Shown one piece after another: positions 54,644-64,000 of a stretch of 64,000 bases of DNA. Source of the DNA: Octopus vulgaris (lineage: Eukaryota); contig OX597815.1 of assembly GCA_951406725.2 (NCBI GenBank), positions 107,074,001 through 107,138,000 on the forward strand, written 5' to 3'. The notes beneath the pieces were generated by a model. That model made no database searches, was not told the origin of the DNA, and saw only the letters and a program-made list of their open reading frames with translations. How positions within the stretch are numbered: the first letter of the stretch is position 1; every line of letters begins with the position of its first letter. The translations under genes and the position numbers were made by a program.

Positions 54644-56304
54644 TAAAAGTTGTAAATCATATTGAAAATATATTTTATGCAGTGCAAACATTATCTGATG
54701 TATGACTTAATATGTTGGGCAGAGTGGATAACGGTTGTGAATAACCTTATAGCCTTGGATGAAACTGAGTAGACTGTAAACTTGATATATTATATTGTCA
54801 TCATTGTTTTAATGTCCACTTTTCCATGTTTGTATGGATTGGATGGAGTCTACAAAAGCAGATTTTCCATGTCAGGATGTCTTTCCTATTGCCAACCTGT
54901 ACCTGTTTCCAAGCAAGGTAATATTTCTCCAAGGCCAAACATGTTTTCACAGAATAATGGAAAAGAACACTGCTGCTTGTATGATAGTGACACTCATTTA
55001 CAACTACCACTTGACACAAACATACATATGTGTACATATACATATCTATATACACACAGTTTCAGCTTACAATTTAAGGGACGGTCAAATATATTATAAA
55101 TACACACATCATTGTTTTACCATTCACCAATTGGGCAAGTCACCGCATATTCAATGACGCTGATATTATTGACAAATTAGAAGACTGCATCTTGCTTGTT
55201 AGTTCCATTTTTGTATTAGACACCCATTCTAATGCTAACCATTACTAGGAAGGAGTCATGTCCTTGATAAGAATAAAGGCTCTATTCAAGATTTGTCTTT
55301 AGAGTGTAATAGGTACATATACACACATATATTTATACAGAGTAAGAATTAGCTTCATGCAGTTTCTTGCTTAGTTCCACAGCACAGCACCAAGGCCACC
55401 TAGGTCATCTACTAAAGCCTCTGGCCTTGTGTGGATATAACAAATGGAAACTGAAAGAAACCAGTCGTATCTCTCTCTCTGCACACACATTTATGTATGT
55501 ATGCGTATGCATGTTTATGTGTGCCTCACCTTGATGAACATCACATGCAAACTGTAAACAAATATCACATTATCCACGTAGTGCTGTTTGCTTGCAATTT
55601 TTCCTAAAAGCATATTGTACTTTGTAGTTGGAGCAACAAGGTAAAATATCATTTTACATGCATGTAGGTAAAGATTAGTCACAGGAAGAGCATCCTGAAT
55701 CAATAGATTTTGTCTGACCGATGCAGGTATAAAATAATGGATGTTAAAATAATGATGATATATACACACACACACACACTTATGTATAAAATATTTAATC
55801 AAACTAACAATTATGGATTACATTTTTATTCACTTGCAAGCTAATCTTTGAGTATTTTATTCTAAGTTGACGTATAGAATTAGTTTTTTTTTAACTTGTC
55901 ACTCCCCGAAATAGATTTATCTCTCTCTCACATATATACATATATATATATATATGAAGACATGGGAAATTTATCATAACAATGACACAATAATTTAGCA
56001 TCACAACTACTTTGCAGCAATAATGCTAAACTAACACGATGAAGCAAAATAAATATAAGGCCTGGAAAACCAAATGTACTTCAGTCTGACGAAGGCAACT
56101 GCGCTGAAGCTTTAAAGTCAATATCTTTCTCGTCGTGAAAACTATTATACACATACACAAATTCACAGAAACATATATAAATACACACTTTTTAATCCAA
56201 TATCGAGGTTGTAATCTCTCAAAAACAGTAACATATATGTACATAAACGCACCCAAAAATTACATATATGTATACACGTAAATGTATTATATACACTACA
56301 CACA

Positions 56305-56516
56305 GAAGTGTTAGCAGCCGGGCGAAATGCCTAGCGGTATTTCGTCTGCTGTTACGTTCTGAGTTCAAATTCCGCCGAGGTCGACTTAGCCTTTCATCCT
56401 TTCGAAGTCGATAAAATAAGTACCAGTTACGCACTGGGTCGATGTAACCAACTTAATCCCTTTGTCCTTGTTTGTCCCCTCTATGTTTAGCTCCCTGTTG
56501 GCAATAAAGAAATAAA
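56305..56516 (+). mobile_element. SINE with MetaSINE-like core
   Basis: B-box gagttcaaattcc followed by gcctttcatcctttcgaagtcgataaaataagtaccag, with an A-rich tail. Confidence 0.7.
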
Positions 56517-56799
56517 TATATTTCAATAATCTGTCCCTTATATGTGTGTGTTGTATTGAAATTGCTTCGTTGCTAGTCAGAAAACTTAGGGGTATTACTT
56601 GACTTTCAATATCATTAATTTCAGTTCAAAATAATGAAGAAAATTCACATCAAGACCATATTTGTTTTGTTTTGAGGAAAATTAGATAGAGGAGGAGGAA
56701 ACTTCTCGATGACATAGGTCTATAAAAAAACCTAGCAACTATAATTATTCTATTTTCTTCTGCCAAAAGCAATATAAAGCTAAAAAAAACATAAAGCGC

Positions 56800-58650
56800 A
56801 CAAGCGAGCAACGTAAGGAGAATATTTATTTATTTTTATGTCTGCTCCTAATATTAGAAAAGCTCGACCACCACTGCAACCAACAGAAAGCAGGCAGTTC
56901 ATAGAGATTCGACAGTTACTATGTTGAAATCAGCCATGGATGGTGGTAGGCCTTCGGCAGAATATCTCAGAAAGAGAGTAGCAGCTGGAGGGGAGGAAAA
57001 AAGAGGTGAGGGAATAAGATAGTTCAGAGAGAGAGAGAGAGGAGGAGGAGGGGGAAAAGAAATAGAGAGCGGATTAGCGGAGTGAGATAATAGAGAGGAA
57101 TAAAGAGATGAGAGGATTATAATGATAGTAACTGGAGGTCGTAGGATAAGTGTGTGTGTGTGTATATGCTCTAATGTATGTGAGAGTACGGTACACATTG
57201 CATAAGTGTCTGTGTCTAAAATGTAGTGCGTGTGTGTACGCTTCAGTAATGGCGATGGTGAATAATTGATGACTACTAGTAGTCCTTGTTTTAAAAAGAA
57301 ACAGATTTAATAAAAGCAAAGGGAGGAGCAGGGCAGTGAGAAAGAAAGCGCGCAGAGTTGAGAGTGAGGACGAAGGAGAAGATAAGTATTAGGAGTAGTA
57401 GCAGTTGTAATTAGTCGTACGCAAAGAACACTACCACCACTACCATTAGCTTTAATGTTTGAGTGCAGGGGATAAGAAACGAACAGGAGTCAAAGTAACT
57501 GATAGTTAATTATATGTTACAAAAGTCTGTGATTGATGGTGATGTTCACGGTAGCATGATTACTTATGGTACTGTTGTAGTTGCCCTTATCACTGAAAAC
57601 AAGAGTTGAATGGTTATATAAATTGCAGTAACAGCAATGATAATGGCGTGGAATAGAGTACAATTAATACAGCAAGCAAAGGTTGCATTATGTACACACA
57701 AACGTATATTCTTCATATATAAGTGTATATATATTAGATATGAAAAGAATTTGCGAGAAGACAATATATTATAAACTACATACGTTATAGTTAACCACAA
57801 ATAGCATAAATTATATGATATATATATATATATATAAAAAACTGCATTAGTTTTTAAAACATTGCAGATATAACGATATTTCTAAGATTTTATATTTCAA
57901 TAATGCTTTAATGAAAGTGAACTCATATCCAGCGTACAATTGACTATAATAATGGCGGTAGTCGCCTGCGATCGACTACAAAAAGCGGAACGTATATTTC
58001 TGATGAAGAAACACCAGGAGAAACCAGATTCTTGTAAAAATACAAGAAAACAAAGTAAAATATCACTACAACACACACAGTGAGAGAGAGAGAACAAACA
58101 GACGACACTACGGTGATGCGAGAAAATTAACCGATCATAATTACTATATGCAAGTTGCTGTTCTGATTTGATTTTAAGAATTACAGAAGCGAAATAAAAA
58201 GGGAAAATTAATAAAATCGAGTTAGAAATTGTTCATTATTATTGTTAGTTTAGTCAGTGTCTGTTTTTGGTATTTTTTTAACGAAGGATGGGGGTGTATA
58301 TAACAATGTCTGCGCTGCCTGCTTTCCACCAGTGACGTCGATAACGACGACGAACAGAAATAGTATTCTAGCAAAGCAACCTAGCTAGCAAGACTAAGCC
58401 CAGCCATTGCCAAGCCAGACAAACAACATACAAGTCCGTGTGTATGTGTGTGTGCTGTTTTGCTGCCTGCCTTGGCCAACCACCATAACTGCTTCCCAAG
58501 CAGTGCGGTGTATGTATGTACGAGGAGTAAAGACAGGCTGGCTTGTATATATAAAATGGAGCACGGGCCAACAACTGCAAGCAACCATTACCAACACACC
58601 ACCGCCATGAACCACTATCATCACCGTCATGATGATATTAGTAATGGCTT
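56800..58650 (-). promoter_or_regulatory. Putative promoter / first-exon region of GW182/TNRC6
   Basis: Locally elevated CpG outside recognised repeats. YY1-like CCATTTT (minus, ~58552-58558) and AATGGCGG (~57951). CRE-like TGACGTCG (~58333). Candidate donor CTT|GTATGT at 58432. TSS not demonstrable. Confidence 0.4.
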
Positions 58651-58900
58651 TTAAGAAATAGCATATATATTCATATAGCCAGAGAAATAAGGCTTATATT
58701 TTCGCAGTCTAATTCACACCAACAAATTATATATACAATCTTTATAATAATTCATGTTTTGCGTATATAATACAGTATGTCTGAGTGTGTATATATATAT
58801 ATATTCGTATTTAAATAAAATATAACATATATATCTTTATTGTGATACATATATTCCATAAATATTTTTAATAAACGGTGTATATACATATATATATGTA

Positions 58901-59113
58901 CAGGGTGCAGGAGAAGTAACGACCTTTTTGCATTTAATAATTTTTATAGTATATAAATGTTTTAAGCAATTTTTTATTGAACAAATTTATTGCATTACTT
59001 TAAGAAACGAATAGCCAATGAAAAATATCGCAGAAGTTTTAGGAAATATATAAAAAAACCTCAATTAGAAACTAGAAAACTCAAATACAAAAGGGCGTTA
59101 CTTTTGCCGCACC

Positions 59114-59116
<3 letters not shown>
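58901..59116. mobile_element. Tc1/mariner-type MITE
   Basis: About 35 bp imperfect TIRs (cagggtgcaggagaagtaacgacctttttgcattt / aaatacaaaagggcgttacttttgccgcaccata) with TA flanks. Confidence 0.7.
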
Positions 59117-59134
<18 letters not shown>

Positions 59135-59151
<17 letters not shown>

Positions 59152-59196
59152 ATAATTCGATATATCGATATATATGAATATATTTATACTTTAAGC

Positions 59197-59232
<36 letters not shown>

Positions 59233-59300
59233 CTGTGTGTATGTATAATTCGATATATCGATATACATGAATATATTTATACTTTAAGCATTTATATATC
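59135..59300. repeat. Direct duplication of a ~65 bp unit separated by (TA)n
   Basis: gtataattcgatatatcgatata.atgaatatatttatactttaagcatttatatat x2. Confidence 0.85.
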
Positions 59301-60429
59301 ATATATATAAAGATATATATATATGTGTGCGTGTTAACAGCCCATATACTTTTGAGTTCTTTAATTTTTAAGATGCCAAAAGAACAAATAACCCAGGACT
59401 TACGTGTGTATATGTTTAAGATTTTTTAATGTCTCCGAAGGGAATGCCCAGTGGCCCTTTTCGGGAGACTGATAAGAGGGAAAGAAGAGAGAGGAGCCTC
59501 AAACTGAAGACAACCCCGACAGAATACGTGTGCATGTGTGTGAAGTTCATTCACATATATCATTTCCGGATCTAAGCTATTTCAGAATACAAGTCTGGGT
59601 ATGAAAAAAAAGCTATAGCAATATTTCAGATGTTGCGCATTGTCCGTTACATATATGGTTATATTTCCATCGGAATGTTTTGATTTGTCTCGATAGTAGA
59701 CGTTTAAGATAGTAGAAAACATTACAAAACGGAAAGTAAAATAAGGTTGCTTTTAGCGAATATGAATGAATTAAAACCATAAGACTTTTTTTTATATAAT
59801 TAGACATTATTAACAATATCTAATATGATGTGATGATGACATAATAATGATAAAATTAACATTTCATTCAAATAAAATGAGTTAAACACACACAATCATT
59901 TAGTCAGGAGGGAAGATAATTTACAGGGTCTATGAGACAGGTGGACGGGTGGGAAGATATCCTTTAAACTAAGTGACCTGGCCCGAATGTTTCCAAACAG
60001 AATGGACTCTACTGAAGATATCTGAGGCACCAGGATGTGGTGTTAGACCGGGTTTAAGCCTGCTAGCCAAATAGGTTATGGTGGAATTTGAATTCTGAAA
60101 GCAAAGAAGGTATCTGCTCTTACGTTCAGCCCATCTACTGATCTGGAATAGTACCGTTTTATCGTGCACTAACATATGAAAGACAAAAGTTGACCTGAGC
60201 ATGAAATGAACCCAGAGTTGGGAACAAACATACCAAAGGCTTTCCATCGGGCACTAACGTTTCTGCCAATCTGCCGCGCGTGTACACGAGGGTTCTACCG
60301 AAAATATTGCAAGAGTGAAAATAACTTTTCATTAACATAGGTTGCTCAAATTGCACATGTAGGTAAAGTAACTCTCCTTCCTGGTCTTCTTTCATTGCAG
60401 ACAAATAATTGGTTCCAAGCAACAACAAT

Positions 60430-61130
60430 GTGCCCTCATTGACTTCTTGACGAAGGAGGTGTGTAGGCTGTCTAACATCACAGAATGATACAGGTTGTTT
60501 TGTTTTCAAAGATGACACCATTGACAAGATCAATGTGCACAGATGGATAAAGTATAAAGAGGAAAACAACAATGAAGACAAATCACGCAGTGACTGGCCA
60601 TCAACTGTGACCACCAACACGAATTTCCAGCGAGTGGACGAATTAATTCGCATGGTCTGACAAATCACTGTGAGCTTGCTGCACAACTGGGTAGTGGTCA
60701 CAATGCATTACAGAAAATGATGGAAGACTGAGCAACACAAAGTGTATGCAAAATGAGTTAGTTCTAAGGCAAATGACACTCGATTTGAAAGAAAGAAGGG
60801 AGAAAGTTTTACTCTCATCTGGAAGCATTTAAAGCCACTGAAGACATGGGCAGACCTCATATTTTTTCTTTATCTCCTGACATGGAATAGTGTCACATCT
60901 CTTCTCCAAAGTCTAAGGAGTTCAAGAACCAGTGATTCACGCAGAAATCATGGGGGATGACAAGGACGTTATACTCTTTGATTTCTAGAAAGTTGCTACA
61001 CCAAGAATAGCAAGTTGTATACTGAGACATTCAAAAAGCTAAGAGATGCTGACAATATATGGCTACAAATATCTTTGGCAAGAAATCAGGTAATTAGCAA
61101 ATTGGCCAGGTCAGTTATTCTAACATGTGC
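60430..61130 (+). mobile_element. Degenerate mariner transposase remnant
   Basis: Peptide remnants VHRWIK and PSTVTTNTNFQRVDELIR..QITV resemble the mariner HTH and linker. Confidence 0.55.
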
Positions 61131-62227
61131 AGTCTGAATGACCCATTTCAGTTTAAAAAAAGCAACAAACATGCTCGCTTTTGCATTACTATCAGTAAAA
61201 CCCTCATACACCCACACACATAAATATAAATGTATACAAATAAACATGATGGCTGCATACACATCATCAAAATGAAGTACATCTCAGTTACAGGTTATGA
61301 TGATGAAGACATAACCAATATAGCAACAAGAGAGTACTTCCTAGGAACTGATAGCGCTTTAAAGGAGGGGGAGGATGTACAGGCAACTAAAGCATGATGA
61401 CTGCTCCTACCCAAATATCTTTCATGTGTTTTCTTGTGCAAGGAAACTCCACAGAGATCTCTGTGATATCCTAACAATCACAATAAAAGATCTATCTGCT
61501 GGTAATTTCAAAAGAGTGAGTCTTAATAGTACTAGAATAGGATGCAAAAAAAATACCAACAATTTATACATCTTTATATACAATACACACATACTATACC
61601 TATATAAATATACATTCTCAGATTCGTTCATTCATTTTTACACCTGTTTTTTCCACACAAGTATGGGTTAGACAAATATATATTTCACAGTCAGATGGTC
61701 TTCTTGTGAACTACTGGTTGCAAATCCATATCTGTTTCTTTCAAGTTAGGGGTAACATATTTCATATGCCTTTGAAGGTACAAAATCAGTGGACAACCTG
61801 AGTCAGGGGAAAGACTACTGCTTGAGTAACTTTTAGAAGTGCAAATGTCAATACACACACAATAGGGTTCTTTCAATTTCTGTCTACCAAATCCACTTAC
61901 AAGGATTTGTTGACCTGGGGCTACAATAGAAGACACTAGCCCAAGGAATCAAACCTGAACCTATATGGTAGGTAAACTTTGCAACATGTCTGCCCTTCAT
62001 ACATATATAAATATATATGTGTTTCCACATATTGCACACATTGACATATACATATATAAAAAAACTGAAGTGATGTAAAGTAACAAAAGAAAAAAAAGTG
62101 CCTTGCTCAAAGACACTGCACTACCTAGTCCAAGAATCAAACCCAAGACTAACAATTTAGAGCTAAACAATCACTGCACCTTCATATACACTCACATATG
62201 CATACACACACACATTGCATACATATA

Positions 62228-62258
<31 letters not shown>

Positions 62259-62530
62259 GTGTGCATGTACAAAAATAAATGTTTGTGTTTGAAACTTCAC
62301 TATTTTCAAGTTTGCAGCAAGCGGCTCCTACTTCATTGAAAGTAGTTCAATTATCAAAAAAGTGTTTTATTGGAATTTGCAGAGTGAGTGACTTCTGAAA
62401 AGGACGTAAGCCTAACAGATTATTAAAATATTCTAGACACTTACAGAATGTTATTTGAATTAATAAATGGTTTACCATTTTTAGCCCAAATAGGAGCACA
62501 GGAAATTGAGCAAAGACCATAAACATGATG

Positions 62531-62700
62531 TAACCCTTTTGCTACCATATTTCTATTAAACTACAAACTCAGTTTCAATTAATTAAATAAAATGAATTTG
62601 TCATCAAGCTGATGTTTGGAACATAAATTAACATGAAATTAGATCATTTTCAAACAGGAAGTTTGTATCAAAGAAGCAAAGGCAGTCTCAAGTATAAGGG
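62531..62700. mobile_element. Second MITE family fragment (reverse copy ~36760-36921)
   Basis: taacccttttgctaccatatttct...tttcaattaatt...cataaattaacatgaa matches the reverse complement of 36815-36921. Confidence 0.6.
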
Positions 62701-62733
62701 TACCTAAAGAGTGAAGGGAGTAAAGTTCCTTAA

Positions 62734-62953
62734 CCCCTTGGCATTTAAACTGGGCATATTCAGTCAAAATATTCTACCCACTTTATGTTCAGAATGGCCA
62801 TATCTGGCCTTTCACACTTATTCTGCAATGTCATTCTAAAAATAAATTACCACATCAACAAAATCTTGAAGCTATGAGATAATGCATGATTAATTCAAAA
62901 TAATGTGAACAAATAAAGAATACATTTACCAGAATAATCTGAATACTAAAGGG
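62734..62953. mobile_element. piggyBac-type MITE
   Basis: TTAA-CCCCTT...AAGGG-TTAA ends. The interior matches 29200-29371 in reverse. Confidence 0.8.
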
Positions 62954-63235
62954 TTAATAAGCAAATAAAGACAAAGGTGTTGATGGTATTCCAAAAGGAG
63001 AGCATGTGCTGTAATGAATATAGAATGCTCATCCATTTTCTATAAACAATTGTGCAAAACTGGCAAGATCCAACCCTGTTGTATATTTCGCAGCAATTAC
63101 TTTTAAAGACTACTTTGAGGGCATGCATGTATGCATGTATATATATGCTACAACTGGTAAATTATTCAACCTCAAACAGCTTAATTATAAATCATACATT
63201 TTTGTATCACTGATTAAGAGACCTCTTGTACACTG

Positions 63236-63530
63236 ATGAATGAGATATTGCAGTACAAAATGGGAAAAGATCTCCAAACTCTTATGAATACAGTTTCACT
63301 GGCATGCAACATGTTAAGGTTCACAATAAATCATGACAAAACTGTTATTCATGATCAACTTTGTCTTGAGAAAATCCATGTGGATCCTAAAATTACAGTA
63401 TATAATAACACTTTAAAAAAAGTATCACTTCTAAATATTTGGAAAGCATGAAAAACACAGATGTAAATCTTAAGGGTGAAATTGCCAAAAGAATTCAGAG
63501 GTTATGGGATTCATTTTGAAAATTACAATT
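63236..63530 (+). mobile_element. Short, degenerate RT (RTE-like LINE) remnant
   Basis: DLQTLMNTVSLACNMLRFTINHDKTV...LKKV resembles the RT region after the YADD motif. Confidence 0.45.
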
Positions 63531-64000
63531 TTTACCATCATTTCAATATATACACAAGAAAATGACACTAATATATATTTTTTTTGTTGTATAACTGTGA
63601 AACAGAGACATTTAAGTTGATACAGAGAGGCTTCTGGCATGTTCGTTGTGTTTGTACATATACTGTTCTATGATTTTGTCTATTAATTTGTTAGAAAAGC
63701 CATTACTGATCGTCTGTTTCATTTTGTAGATATCTGTATTGAGTGCATCATTATGTGAAAGAGAATCTAAATGATGTTTTCAATGGAGATTTTACCACTG
63801 ACATTTTGTATCTGTATAAATATGGATGTGTGGTATCTGTTAGTTTTTACCTTAACATTTATGTCTAGAATTGGAATCATTGCATAGCTTGGAGTTATGT
63901 TTGTACTGTTCTGGATGCTAAATTTTAGTGAGCCTTTTAATTCTTCAGTGTCTGCTGGCATGACCATTATGATTAGTATATTGTCTGCACATTTGGGGTA

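Noticed and set aside
60159-60701. 180-aa minus-strand ORF
   Set aside because: Antisense to a mariner remnant, non-ATG start and no recognisable domain.

Overview
AT-rich animal genomic DNA. The SINE/MITE repertoire suggests an octopus (coleoid cephalopod), but this is inference. Nearly the whole window lies inside one minus-strand gene encoding the miRNA-silencing effector GW182/TNRC6 (gawky). Eight coding exons join with GT-AG boundaries and consistent phases: 19097-19202, 14919-17617, 12993-13115, 8553-8699 (or 8747), 6981-7067, 6420-6477, 4042-5841 and 1054-1115. That is 5082 nt, or 1694 codons, if the ATG at 19202 is used. They give the GW/Argonaute-binding region, UBA, Q-rich region, CIM1, PAM2 and the start of the RRM. 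The gene continues past position 1. There is a probable 5'UTR exon at 45050-45124 and a CpG-richer putative promoter near 56.8-58.65 kb. The introns hold decayed hAT (hATm-like), piggyBac, mariner and LINE fragments, many SINEs, MITEs and mini/microsatellites. I see no clear, wholly new biological system. The best leads are RNA-level features of the GW182 pre-mRNA: an intronic hairpin that pairs better on the transcribed strand, inverted SINEs bracketing a skippable GW exon, a candidate alternative start micro-exon, and a long polyQ inside the Ago-binding region.
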